A stretch of 64,000 nucleotides of DNA, from contig PLOC01000094.1 of NCBI GenBank assembly GCA_003141955.1, forward strand, positions 35,000-98,999. The letters are read 5' to 3'. The stretch is from Chloroflexota bacterium (GTDB lineage Bacteria > Chloroflexota > Limnocylindria > Limnocylindrales > CSP1-4). Under the pieces are notes generated by a model. It ran no database searches, was not told the DNA's origin, and saw only the letters and a program-made list of their open reading frames with translations. The position numbers and the translations under genes are program-made. Shown here one piece after another: positions 29,435 to 42,244 of this stretch. Within the stretch, counting starts at the first letter, position 1. Every line of letters begins with the position of its first letter.

Positions 29435-29953
29435 CGGGCCTCTGGCTCCTCTCCCAGCCCCGGACCCCTGAGTTTCGAGCGCCCGGTCCGCGGCGGGAGG
29501 TTGGCGCAGTCTATTCGACGGATTCGGCGCCTGTTTCGGCCGCGCGGCGTGTGCTGCCTCGACGGCCGACTCGGCGATTGTGCCAGGTTCGGGGCCGCCG
29601 GATGCAACTTGCTTGAAAAGATTCTTCGCGACCCGATGCGAGAACGCCGCAGAACCGTCCCGCGAGCCGTTCCGGGGCCTTCGCGGAGGTCGGATTCGAC
29701 TCCTTCGCGGTCTTCCGGCCGGTTCCGTCTCGAGGCCCGGGCCGCTGGTGGGAACGTCGCGCGGAGCGGCGTATGGGCCATGGTATCCTCCCGCCCTACC
29801 GGTGCGTCCCACGCAGGAACCACATGGCCGGGTGCCTCCAGCCGGATTCGCTCAGGCCTCACCGCAGAGCCACCGAGCGTTCCGGCACGACCTCGGTTTC
29901 ACCTGCCTCCGGGACCCATCGGTGCGGACAACTCGAGTCTCCCGGAGGAGAAA

Positions 29954-30277
29954 GTGGCCTACGCCGATCGGACACTCACCTGCGTCGACTGCGGTGCCGA
30001 GTTCGTGCACTCGGCCGAAGATCAGGAGTTCTACGCTCAGAAAGGGTTCGTCTCGGAACCCAAGCGTTGCCCTAGCTGTCGGACCTCGAGACGGTCGATG
30101 AGGGAGTCGCGTGAGGGCGCGATCCGCGGAGTCGGGGCGAGCAACGGGCCGCGTGAGTACTTCGCCGTGGTCTGCTCGCGCTGCGGCAATCAGGCCCAGG
30201 TGCCGTTTAAGCCGCACATGGATCGGCCGGTCTACTGCTCCGACTGCTTCCGCGCCGTCCACGCCCAGGGCGCGTAG
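29954..30277 (+). CDS. Zinc-ribbon protein (CxxC-x17-CxxC type, two ribbons)
   Basis: GTG 29954 preceded by GGAGGAG. CVDCGAEFVHSAEDQEFYAQKGFVSEPKRCPSCR and CSRCGNQAQVPFKPHMDRPVYCSDCF. The rest of track ORF 29165..30277 is not protein-like. Confidence 0.75.
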   Translation: MAYADRTLTCVDCGAEFVHSAEDQEFYAQKGFVSEPKRCPSCRTSRRSMRESREGAIRGVGASNGPREYFAVVCSRCGNQAQVPFKPHMDRPVYCSDCFRAVHAQGA

Positions 30278-30296
30278 ACCCCTCGCAAAAGAGAAA

Positions 30297-30324
30297 GCGG
30301 CGGTCGCCTTCCGGCGACCGCCGC
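30297..30324. terminator. Bidirectional rho-independent terminator
   Basis: Perfect 12-bp stem gcggcggtcgcc / ggcgaccgccgc with loop ttcc, flanked by AAAAGAGAAA upstream and TTCGTTTCG downstream. It lies between convergent genes. Confidence 0.65.
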
Positions 30325-30349
30325 TTCGTTTCGACGAGGTAACGCGGGG

Positions 30350-30820
30350 TTACGCGACCTTGCTTGCCAGATACTCCTGATAGGCGAACCAGGCCATGAC
30401 CGCGCCGCCCACCACGAGGAGAACATCGGCGATATACATTCCGATTGGCGGGCTTGCGAGACCGTCAGTGACGTTGAGCAGGGCCGTGATCACAGCCAGA
30501 ATCAGTGTCAGGCCGCAGATGCCGAGCATGATCTGCGCAACCGGCATGGGCCACGTGATGTTCATGTTCGGCGCGATCTTCAGGTACAGGACCACGAGGG
30601 CGACGATCGCGAGGACCAGTGAAAGAATGGCGGTGGTGCCGGCCGTGCTCCAGCTGAAGTAGTTGACGCTGGGGCAGACGTACCCAGGGACGTTAAGCCC
30701 GGCGCACGCGTTCACCGAGCCCATGATCAGACCAACGAGCCAGCCCACGACAACGGCGACGGCCCCGTAGACCACAAAGCGCTCTCGGGCGGATACCTTG
30801 GCCCACAGTTCATTCAGCAC
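30350..30820 (-). CDS. Hypothetical 4-TM membrane protein
   Basis: The track ORF starts at TTG 30841, but GTG 30820 sits 8 nt after AAGGAGG. The product is hydrophobic, with CAGLNVPGYVCP in a loop. Confidence 0.75.
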   Translation of the reverse strand: MLNELWAKVSARERFVVYGAVAVVVGWLVGLIMGSVNACAGLNVPGYVCPSVNYFSWSTAGTTAILSLVLAIVALVVLYLKIAPNMNITWPMPVAQIMLGICGLTLILAVITALLNVTDGLASPPIGMYIADVLLVVGGAVMAWFAYQEYLASKVA

Positions 30821-31315
30821 GAGTAGAGCCTCCTTCTCCAACTACACCGGGACGCGCCCCATGTGGGGCCTCCGGCTACCTCGCTCCTGTCGGCCTCAAA
30901 TGACGGGTCCCGAGGCCGATGAGAACGAGCGCAGCCTACACCCCGGGCCCGGGCGTGACCAGATGTTTCCTGCGGTTACGCCAACTGTCTTCAGAACCTG
31001 AACCACCTGCATACAGAATGACCTCGATCTGCCTTTGGCAAAGGCGGTACCGGGTCCGGCCCACCTACCGGGACGAGTGGCAGACGTCAGCGTGCGCCGA
31101 CTCGTCTGGCGAGCCACCAGCCGACATTTGGACCGTCTGGATCGCGGTGCTCTGGCCGGTGGCAGCAGGTGGAGATGCCCGGGTCGCGCCGTCCCGCCCC
31201 ATCCGCTGATTCCTGCCCGTTTCGGCAGGCGGAACCGCAGGCCCGCCAACGGCGATGGGCACGACCAGAGCCCGGGGCGCCGCGGAACTGTGTCGGGGGC
31301 TCGGAGCCTTCCTCT

Positions 31316-31323
31316 GGTAGAAT
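31316..31323 (+). promoter_or_regulatory. Candidate -10 element GGTAGAAT upstream of micro-ORF/methyltransferase
   Basis: Exact GGTAGAAT preceded by CTCT, 121 nt upstream of ATG 31444. Confidence 0.3.
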
Positions 31324-31443
31324 TGATACCGCTCCCAAACGGCGTTGCCGTATCCGAGCGCCCACGGATCCGTCTGCCGGTGGTCGCGGCGCGCGGCCGC
31401 CGAGTTGGCTACGTCGATGGTTCGGGAGATTGGAGGAGGCACA

Positions 31444-31620
31444 ATGGCTCGGCCTGTCCGCACAGCGGTCGCTCCGACCCTGCTTCGGCCGGTGAAGTCC
31501 CACCTGATCGAGGACTACAACGCCCGAACGAACGTCGTCCGGTGCGATTGCGGTTGGTCGGGTATGGCGGACGACTTCGCCATCCACAGGCGTGCCGTCG
31601 GCGCCGCAAGCCCCTCCTGA
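31444..31620 (+). CDS. 58-aa hypothetical protein (Cys-x-Cys...His), possible leader or coupling ORF for the methyltransferase
   Basis: ATG preceded by the strong SD GGAGGAGG. Sequence: MARPVRTAVAPTLLRPVKSHLIEDYNARTNVVRCDCGWSGMADDFAIHRRAVGAASPS. Its stop TGA overlaps a CTG in the methyltransferase frame. Confidence 0.5.
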   Translation: MARPVRTAVAPTLLRPVKSHLIEDYNARTNVVRCDCGWSGMADDFAIHRRAVGAASPS

Positions 31621-32378
31621 CAGAGCCACGCGGCATCGAGCCGCCTTCCCCGAAACGCCCCCTCGCCACCTACGAGGACCTGGCGTACCGCGACGTCTTC
31701 TGGGCCGCCCGCCGGTACGAGGACGCCTGCGACAGGATCGCCATCCGGGCCCTGCTGCCGCCGTCCGGCGATCGCCTGATCGAGGTCGGGGCGGGATTCG
31801 GCCGGCTCGCGGACGAGTACCACGGCTACGGCGAGGTTGTCCTGCTCGACTCGTCGGAGGTGCACGTGGCGGCCGCCGGCGAAGCCTTTGCAGGCGACAA
31901 GCGCATCGAGGTCGTCCTCGGCGACGCGCGCGCCCTGCCTTACCCCGACGGCCATTTCGACGCCGCGGTTTGCGTTCGAGTGCTCCACCACTTCGCCGAC
32001 CCCGGGCCGGTGCTGGCCGAGCTCGGCCGGGTCACCCGGCCGGGCGGAGTCGTCGTCCTCGAATACGCCAACAAGCGCAACCTCAAGTCCATTGCGCGGC
32101 GCGTCCTGGGCCGCCAGAGCTGGTCGCCGTTCGAGCTCGGCTCGGTCGACTACAAGCCGTTCCATTTCGACCACGCGCCGGTCTGCATCCGACGCGCCCT
32201 GCGCCGGGCCGGCCTTCGGATCGAGTCGATGCGAACCGTTTCTCTCTTCCGCCTGCCGACGTTGACCCGCCGGCTGCCGCTCTCGCTTCTGGTGGCAGCT
32301 GAGGGCCGGCTTCAGGCGCCGCTGGGACCGATCACACCCGGGCCCTCGGTCTTCCTCCGCGCCAGGCGGTCGAAGTAG
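31617..32378 (+). CDS. Class I SAM-dependent methyltransferase (start codon unresolved)
   Basis: Motif I LIEVGAGFGRLA, acidic loop VVLLDSS, motif post-I/II VCVRVLHH, and RPGGVVVLEY. There is no ATG, GTG or TTG between 31545 and motif I. The coordinate given is the CTG of a CTGA overlap; the alternative is GTG 31542. Confidence 0.78.
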   Translation: MTEPRGIEPPSPKRPLATYEDLAYRDVFWAARRYEDACDRIAIRALLPPSGDRLIEVGAGFGRLADEYHGYGEVVLLDSSEVHVAAAGEAFAGDKRIEVVLGDARALPYPDGHFDAAVCVRVLHHFADPGPVLAELGRVTRPGGVVVLEYANKRNLKSIARRVLGRQSWSPFELGSVDYKPFHFDHAPVCIRRALRRAGLRIESMRTVSLFRLPTLTRRLPLSLLVAAEGRLQAPLGPITPGPSVFLRARRSK

Positions 32379-32401
32379 CGCGCCGGCCGGTCGAGGCAGC
32401 C

Positions 32402-33523
32402 TCAGCACTCCTCTTTGTCGGGAGCCCTCTGGACGGGCCGGTAGAGGAAGTAGTTGGCGGCGCAGGCCGCCTGGTTGCCCTCGTGGACGGCGGCGCTGAT
32501 CTGGTGGTCGTGCGGGCTGGTCACGTCCCCCGCGGCATACAACCCGGGCACGTTGGTGTGCTGCTCCGTGTTCACGACGATGTGGCCCAGCTCGTTCAGC
32601 TCCAGGCCCAGCGCGATGGCGACTTCGTTGCGCGGCGTCGGCCGGCGGTAGGCGAAGACCATCTCGACCGACAGTCGGGTCTGGTCCGGATCGTCGAGCA
32701 CGAGCTCCTCGATCAGGCCGTCCGCGTTGGCGTAGGCGGCCACCGCGTGCGGGTAGGCGCCGATGCCGTTGTCGCGAAGGTCGGCCAAGCGCCGCTCCGG
32801 GAGGTCGAACCCCTCGGGCCGGCCGGCCACGACCGTCACCCTGTCGGTGAAGTCGAGCAGGTCCAGCGCCGTCTCGGCCGCATCTTCATCGTGCCCCACG
32901 ACGGCCACGAGTTTGCCCGTGGACTCGTAGCCGTCGCAGGCGATGCACCAGAAGAGGCTCTTCCCCACGCACTGAGCCCAGCCGAGGAACCTGGGGAAGT
33001 TGTCCCGGACCCCCGTCGCGAGGATCGCCGTCCGGGCCACGATGTCCGCAGGGCCGATTACCGTCTCTTCGCCCAGAGAGCTCCCGAGCTCCTCGTCGCG
33101 CCTCACGTTGGCGACGCGGCCGGCCGTCTCCCGGTGGCCGTCGCCGGCACTCGCCTCGACACGGAGACGGAACGAGCCGTCATCGTGCGTGGCGGCAGCG
33201 ACTCGCCCGCTCAGGAACTTCGCCCCGTATCGGGCCGCCTGGCGCCGGCCGGCCAGCCGGATCTCGGCGGCCGGGATCCCGTTGGGGAAGCCCAGGTAGT
33301 TGCGGTTGGTCTGGCCCCACAGCGAGCGCCCGTCGCGGTCGTCGATCACCAGGACGCTGCGTCTCATGCGGGCCAGGCAGACCGCGGCCGAAAGCCCGGC
33401 CGGCCCACCGCCGACGACGGCGCAGTCGACCCGGCGGACGGGTTCGGAGGCGTCGGCTGGCGCAGCCGGTTGGCTGGATGTGCTCAGAGCGCCCAACGGG
33501 CCGGACCCGCTCATGAGGGGCAT
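32402..33523 (-). CDS. Thioredoxin-reductase-like FAD/NAD(P) pyridine nucleotide-disulfide oxidoreductase
   Basis: Start at MPLMSGSG (aa 115 of the track ORF). Motifs: [13 protein letters not shown], redox-active [27 protein letters not shown]. Confidence 0.88.
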   Translation of the reverse strand: MPLMSGSGPLGALSTSSQPAAPADASEPVRRVDCAVVGGGPAGLSAAVCLARMRRSVLVIDDRDGRSLWGQTNRNYLGFPNGIPAAEIRLAGRRQAARYGAKFLSGRVAAATHDDGSFRLRVEASAGDGHRETAGRVANVRRDEELGSSLGEETVIGPADIVARTAILATGVRDNFPRFLGWAQCVGKSLFWCIACDGYESTGKLVAVVGHDEDAAETALDLLDFTDRVTVVAGRPEGFDLPERRLADLRDNGIGAYPHAVAAYANADGLIEELVLDDPDQTRLSVEMVFAYRRPTPRNEVAIALGLELNELGHIVVNTEQHTNVPGLYAAGDVTSPHDHQISAAVHEGNQAACAANYFLYRPVQRAPDKEEC

Positions 33524-33617
33524 GCTCTCACTTTGGCCGGTCTCGCGGAAGGGGGAACCCGAGGCCTCCGCGCTTCCGTTCAGACGCCTGCTCTTCACAG
33601 GCGGTATGGGCCGCTGC

Positions 33618-37466
<3,849 letters not shown>

Positions 37467-37522
37467 CCACCCAACGGCGAGCGTCGGGCGCTCCCGCGAC
37501 GGGGCACGGGGCCGACGCCGGC

Positions 37523-37598
37523 GGCCCGGCGGCGCTCATTGGGCCCGGTGGCGCTCGTGGCCCGGTGGCGCTGGTAGCCCGGCGGCGCTGGTAGCCCA
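37523..37598. repeat. Tandem 17-18-nt direct repeat, about 4.3 copies
   Basis: Units: ggcccggcggcgctcatt / gggcccggtggcgctcgt / ggcccggtggcgctggta / gcccggcggcgctggta / gccca. Core GCCCGGYGGCGCT. Starts 57 nt after the metH stop. Confidence 0.85.
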
Positions 37599-37938
37599 GT
37601 GACCACCGTCCTTTCCGAATTCACGCCACGACGACATTGGGCAAGACCAGACGGCGCCAACGCGACTAAACGGCCTCGACGGGCCCAAATGCGGCGCCGA
37701 TCCACGCTCAATCGACTCGTTTCCGACTCTCCTTGGAGCCTGCCTGGCGCCAGATCGCCTTGAGCAGGGACGCAACTCTTGCCCGATGCCGCTCTCATGT
37801 GAATCTGGAAATCGCGCGCACGGAACGGCACGAGACAGGCCCGCGGGGCGGGACACGCGGGTCCACGTCGTCGCCGGCCTCAGTCGCTCTGTCTCGCCGG
37901 CCCGGCTGGCCCGGTCGCGGGGCTGGGCGCCAGAACGT

Positions 37939-37966
37939 GGGTCGCCTGCCGCCGGGCAGGCGACCC
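37939..37966. other. Orphan perfect 12-bp hairpin in a gene-free gap
   Basis: gggtcgcctgcc-gccg-ggcaggcgaccc. It is not adjacent to the 3' end of any called gene. Confidence 0.5.
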
Positions 37967-38114
37967 GGCCCGCGGCTATCCACATCCCCGCTCTGCTTCG
38001 TAACCAAACCGCAACCGAACGCTCGGCCGACGTGCCCGGAATCGGGTCGCGGAATTTGACGTCGTTCGCTACTATTCCGCCACAACGCCGCTACCCGAAC
38101 GGAGAATCCCGCCG

Positions 38115-38642
38115 ATGCCGTCCGCGCCGGTCCTCGAAACGGCCCAATCGCCATTTGAAGACGAGACGTCAGCGCCTGCCGCAGCCGGCGCGCCCGCGGC
38201 CTTGGAGCCCCACGCGGCTCCGGTCCTGCACCTGGTTCCGGCCGCGACTGCCGTTCCCACCGCGAGCGTCACCATTCCATCCGAGCCGACCGCGCGGATC
38301 CATTGGATCGGCAGTTTCGTGTACGACCGTCACCCGGCAGACCTCTACGCCGACATCGTCGCGGGCGCGCCCGATCTCGTGGTCGTCGACGCGCGCTATG
38401 CCGAGACGTACGCCCTCGAGCACCTGCCCGGCGCGGTCAACCTGCCCTGGCGCGACATCGACGAGACCACGACCGCGCACCTGTCGCGCGAGGCCCTGTA
38501 CGTCATCTACTGCTGGAACGCCAGCTGTCACGCGTCGACCAAGACGGCGCAGCGCCTGGAGGCGCTCGGCTTCAACGTCAAGGAGTTGCACGGCGGCCTG
38601 CAGGACTGGAAGAAGCAGGGGTTCCCGACCGAGCGCGAGTAA
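38115..38642 (+). CDS. Rhodanese-like sulfurtransferase domain protein
   Basis: C-terminal ~110 aa: VVVDARYAETYALEHLPGAVNLPW...YVIYCWNASCHASTKTAQRLEALGFNVKELHGGLQDW, the rhodanese fold with an active-site Cys loop. The N-terminal ~60 aa are low complexity. Confidence 0.85.
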   Translation: MPSAPVLETAQSPFEDETSAPAAAGAPAALEPHAAPVLHLVPAATAVPTASVTIPSEPTARIHWIGSFVYDRHPADLYADIVAGAPDLVVVDARYAETYALEHLPGAVNLPWRDIDETTTAHLSREALYVIYCWNASCHASTKTAQRLEALGFNVKELHGGLQDWKKQGFPTERE

Positions 38643-38762
38643 CCTCCGCGCGCACCGCCCCTCTCTCGTCACTCTTTTCGGCGCGCCCGAACCGCGACGG
38701 GCGCCGCGCGAAGGCCCGGCCAGCGTGTCGGCCGGCGCATCGTTCGGCCGCAAGCTTGCCCC

Positions 38763-38770
38763 GCTAGAAT
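38763..38770 (+). promoter_or_regulatory. Candidate -10 element GCTAGAAT upstream of guaA
   Basis: TAGAAT lies 28 nt upstream of the TTG start at 38798, with GGAGG in between. Confidence 0.35.
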
Positions 38771-38797
38771 CGACAGACTTTCCAGCGGAGGTCGGGA

Positions 38798-40399
38798 TTG
38801 AACGAAGGGCGAGTCGCGGATCCATCAGTCGCGGCCGGAGTGGACTCAGTCGTCGTCCTCGACTGCGGCAGCCAGTACAGCCAGCTCATCGCCCGTCGCG
38901 TCCGAGAGCTGAACGTCTACTCGGAGTTGCTGCCCTTCGACACTCCATGGAGTGAGATCGCCGCCCGCAAGCCGGCGGCGGTGATCCTCTCCGGCGGACC
39001 GGCCAGCGTCTACGAAGCGGGCTCACCCCATCCCGACCCGGCGCTCTGGACCGGCGGGGTGCCGATCCTGGGCATCTGCTACGGCCTGCATCTGATGGCC
39101 CAGGCGCTCGGTGGCGAGGTCGTCTCCTTCAGCCGCAAGGAGTTCGGGCCGGCCGTCGTCACGGTGACCGGCAGCGATCGACTCTTCGCCGGCCTCGATC
39201 CCCAGCAGTCGGTTTGGATGAGCCACGGCGATTCGATCGAACGGCTGCCGGCCGGCTTCCAGCCGACGGCCAGCACCGGCTCCACGCCGTATGCCGCGGT
39301 CGCCGATCCGGAGCGCCGCCTGTACGGTATCCAGTTCCATCCCGAGGTCGTCCACACCCCGCACGGCCGCGAGATCCTGCGCAACTTCGTCGTCGAGATC
39401 GCCGGCGCCCGCCAGAGCTGGACCCCGGCCAACTTCATCGCATCAAGCGTCGAGGGGATCCGCAGCCGCGTCGACGAGCACAGCCGCGCGACCGGGACAG
39501 ACGGCAGAGTGTTGTGCGCCCTCTCCGGCGGAGTGGATTCGGCCGTGGCCGCGACCCTCGTCCACCGCGCCGTCGGCGATCGCCTGATCTGCGTTCATGT
39601 CGACCACGGGATGATGCGCAAGAACGAGACGGAGCTGTTGCGCACGGCGTTCGAGCAGCTGGGCGTGCCCGTCATCGTCGTCAATGCCCGCGAGCGATTC
39701 CTGCGCAAGCTGGAGGGCGTGACCGACCCGGAGCGGAAGCGCCACATCATCGGCAACGAGTTCATTCGCGTCTTCGAGGACGAGGCGGCAAAGCTCGGCC
39801 AGATCGACTTTCTCACCCAGGGCACGCTCTATCCCGACGTAATCGAATCCGCCACCTCCGTCACGGAAAAGGCGGCCGCGAAGATCAAGACCCATCACAA
39901 CGTCGGCGGCCTGCCCGAGGACCTGAGCTTTCAGCTGATCGAGCCGCTCCGCTACCTCTTCAAGGACGAGGTCAGGGCCGTCGGGACGGAGCTCGGCCTG
40001 CCTGATTCGATGGTCCAGCGCCAGCCGTTTCCCGGACCCGGCCTGGCGATCCGGATCATCGGCGAGGTCACGGCCGAGCGTCTCGACACGTTGCGCGAGG
40101 CGGATTGGATCGTCATCGACGAGATCAAGGCCGCGGGCCTGTACCGGAGCGTCTGGCAATCGTTCGCCATTCTTACCCCGGTGCGGTCGGTTGGCGTCAT
40201 GGGCGATGGCCGAACTTACGGGAATCTCGTGGCCGTTCGCGCTGTCACATCGGAAGACGCGATGACGGCCGACTGGGCCAAACTCCCCTACGAGGTCCTG
40301 GCCAGGATCAGCTCCCGGATAGTGAACGAGGTTCCGGGCGTGAACAGAGTGGTTTACGACATCAGTTCCAAGCCACCGGCCACCATCGAATGGGAGTGA
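38798..40399 (+). CDS. guaA: GMP synthase (glutamine-hydrolysing)
   Basis: GATase domain [17 protein letters not shown]...GICYG, ATP-PPase P-loop LSGGVDSAV, and C-terminal dimerisation domain ending PPATIEWE. Confidence 0.96.
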   Translation: MNEGRVADPSVAAGVDSVVVLDCGSQYSQLIARRVRELNVYSELLPFDTPWSEIAARKPAAVILSGGPASVYEAGSPHPDPALWTGGVPILGICYGLHLMAQALGGEVVSFSRKEFGPAVVTVTGSDRLFAGLDPQQSVWMSHGDSIERLPAGFQPTASTGSTPYAAVADPERRLYGIQFHPEVVHTPHGREILRNFVVEIAGARQSWTPANFIASSVEGIRSRVDEHSRATGTDGRVLCALSGGVDSAVAATLVHRAVGDRLICVHVDHGMMRKNETELLRTAFEQLGVPVIVVNARERFLRKLEGVTDPERKRHIIGNEFIRVFEDEAAKLGQIDFLTQGTLYPDVIESATSVTEKAAAKIKTHHNVGGLPEDLSFQLIEPLRYLFKDEVRAVGTELGLPDSMVQRQPFPGPGLAIRIIGEVTAERLDTLREADWIVIDEIKAAGLYRSVWQSFAILTPVRSVGVMGDGRTYGNLVAVRAVTSEDAMTADWAKLPYEVLARISSRIVNEVPGVNRVVYDISSKPPATIEWE

Positions 40400-40797
40400 T
40401 GGCGGACGGGAGGAACGGCCACTGGCAGGAGGGTACGACGATGGACGACTGGTGGAATCGGCCGATGCGGCGGGCGACGCCGGGACCGGGGCCCGAGGGC
40501 CCCGAACCGGCTGCGGGCGGGCGCGGTGCGGCCAGGTGCCCGTGGTGTTCAGCCGCCGCCGATCCCGGCGCCGGCTGCTGCCCCAGTTGCGGCGCGGTCA
40601 TGGCCCAACGCGAGTCGCTCGGCGGCCTGGTGATCCCCGGCCTCACCGACGTCGATCCGGGGATGCGCCAGCCCTCGCTGGTAGGCTCGGTGCTGGCGAG
40701 CCAGGCGCGCATGGGCGTGCTCGGCGCGGTCGGGCAGGCGGCCGCCGCGAGTAACGGAACCTCCGTCGAGGGCGCGCCGCCTCACGAGCCGGCGTAG
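40399..40797 (+). CDS. Small zinc-ribbon protein with IPGLTDVDP motif
   Basis: CPWCSAAADPGAGCCPSCGA, then IPGLTDVDP 15 residues later. TGATG overlap with the guaA stop. An alternative start at ATG 40441 follows GGAGGG. Confidence 0.6.
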   Translation: MADGRNGHWQEGTTMDDWWNRPMRRATPGPGPEGPEPAAGGRGAARCPWCSAAADPGAGCCPSCGAVMAQRESLGGLVIPGLTDVDPGMRQPSLVGSVLASQARMGVLGAVGQAAAASNGTSVEGAPPHEPA

Positions 40798-40877
40798 AGT
40801 CCGCCTCATAAGGTGGCGCCCGTTCGCGCTGCAGGTCCGCACCCAGGTCCGCGTCAAGTCTGAGCCAGGGGAGAACG

Positions 40878-41939
40878 ATGCCAAGAGTCTTCGGTGCGCT
40901 CGCCATCTTCGGCGGGTGGCTCTGCATCCTGGTGAGCGCGGCCTTCGGGATCATCGCGACGCAGTTCCTGGGCCTCGACCATGTCGAGGGCGCGCTGCCG
41001 CCTTCCGGCGTCTACGGGGTACCCGCGGTGGCGGTCCTGTGGGTCGCGGTCGGCACGGCTGTCGTAACGGCGGTCCCAGCAGGGGCGGCGATGTTCGCCA
41101 GGGACCCAAGCCGACGCCTGTATGTCGCGGCCGCGGTTATGGCGGCGTTGGGAGTGGCCCTGCTGCCGGATGATCTCGGGCGGGCCTACGCAGCGGCCCT
41201 CATCCCCGGAGCCGCGTTGCTCGCCGCGGGCGGGTGGTGGACCCACCAGGCAGGCGCGATCGGCGACGAAGTCGGTCCGCCGATCCGGACCGACACCGGC
41301 GCGCTCGGCGCTGCGGCGGGACTTGCACCCGATTCGGGGGCGGGACTCGCGCCCGAGCTTGCCGCGGTGATCGCGCCCGAACCGGCCGGCCCTACGCCGA
41401 TGGCCGGCCTCCCGTCCGGTGCCGAATCCCTTGCCTCGCCCGCCGCACCGGGCAAACGTTCGACCAGCCGGTCGGCAGGTGCCCCGGCGACGTCCTGGAA
41501 GGGCGCCGACGTCGAGTGCCCGTGGTGCTCGGCCCGGATCGCCGCCGGGGCGGAGCGATGTCCGAGCTGCGGGGCGGCGCTGACCTCCGATGCCGAGCTG
41601 ACTGTGGTCCCCATTCCCGGAGTCACGGATGTCGCCCCGGAGCTGCGCGCCTACCAGGAGAAAGCCGAGCGCCAGAAGAAGCGCCCCGGGCTCCTGTCGG
41701 TGGTCCTCGGCGACCCCGACGATCGACTCTTCGCCAGCCCGGGCGGGCGGGTCGATCCGGGCGCTCTGAGACCACCCAGCGCCGAGGTCCGAGCCGAGAT
41801 GGAGCGTCTCGACCGGGAGATCGCCGCGGGGGCGGCCGTCGGGCCCGCTCCCACACCCGCAGCCGGTGCTGCCGAACCCGAGGCACCGGCGCCCGAATCC
41901 GGCCCGCCCGCCGATTCTCGCCCCGCCTCAGACACGTAA
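40878..41939 (+). CDS. Membrane protein (4 N-terminal TM) with C-terminal zinc ribbon and IPGVTDVAP motif
   Basis: The ATG follows GGGGAGAAC. Hydrophobic N-terminal third and an Ala/Pro/Gly linker. CPWCSARIAAGAERCPSCGA + IPGVTDVAP has the same spacing as in the upstream gene. The tail is a charged helix. Confidence 0.75.
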   Translation: MPRVFGALAIFGGWLCILVSAAFGIIATQFLGLDHVEGALPPSGVYGVPAVAVLWVAVGTAVVTAVPAGAAMFARDPSRRLYVAAAVMAALGVALLPDDLGRAYAAALIPGAALLAAGGWWTHQAGAIGDEVGPPIRTDTGALGAAAGLAPDSGAGLAPELAAVIAPEPAGPTPMAGLPSGAESLASPAAPGKRSTSRSAGAPATSWKGADVECPWCSARIAAGAERCPSCGAALTSDAELTVVPIPGVTDVAPELRAYQEKAERQKKRPGLLSVVLGDPDDRLFASPGGRVDPGALRPPSAEVRAEMERLDREIAAGAAVGPAPTPAAGAAEPEAPAPESGPPADSRPASDT

Positions 41940-42244
41940 CCCGTGGCCACTCCCCGGCCCGGGCTCCCCGCGCCCGGTCCCTCCTATCTGCGTGAGCTGG
42001 AGCTGGGTCCGGGCGATCGACGCCGCGTCGGCATGAGCCAGCCCCAGATCGTCGCCGACGGCTGGTGAGTGGCCCTGCTCTGGTGCGAAGACGACGGTGG
42101 CCTCGCCGAATTCCGGGATCTCAGCCCCACGCCGGAGTCGCCCCCGGGCTCGCCCCTGATGCGCGCTCGTCGCCGCCCAGGGCTGCGCTCGTCGGCCCGG
42201 CGATCTGCGGCGCTAGACCGGTGGATCCGGGCTAAACTCGCGGG

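Noticed and set aside
29435-29905. ORFs 29284..29862(-) and 29580..30101(+) in the 519-nt divergent region
   Set aside because: Their translations are Arg/Pro/Ser-rich with no SD and no motifs. They are treated as non-coding leader/promoter DNA.
30842-31443. About 600-nt gap containing the palindrome gcctttg-g-caaaggc (31031..31045) and ORFs 30896..31249(-) and 30919..31209(+)
   Set aside because: The ORFs are shadow-like. The 7+1+7 palindrome is real and could be an operator, but a single short palindrome without a partner regulator or repeat is too weak to call as a feature.
31542-31616. GTG 31542 as the methyltransferase start
   Set aside because: It would add VRLRLVGYGGRLRHPQACRRRRKPL, which is the out-of-frame shadow of the well-initiated micro-ORF, and no SD precedes it. 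It is kept as the fallback alternative only.
37523-37598. Possible CRISPR array
   Set aside because: The repeats are contiguous 17-18-mers with no unique spacers, there are only about 4 copies, and no cas genes are in the window.
41940-42216. Minus-strand open frame translating to ...IPEFGEATVVFAPEQGHSPAVGDDLGLAHADAASIARTQLQLTQ..., whose spacing loosely resembles sigma-70/ECF region 4 (LPE...VF...EGxS...LG...R..L)
   Set aside because: It has no ATG, GTG or TTG start after the upstream TAG and no region-2 equivalent. Key HTH residues are substituted, and its 3' end overlaps the end of gene 40878..41939. At best it is a decayed relic, and it may be chance. blastx against ECF sigma factors would be needed.
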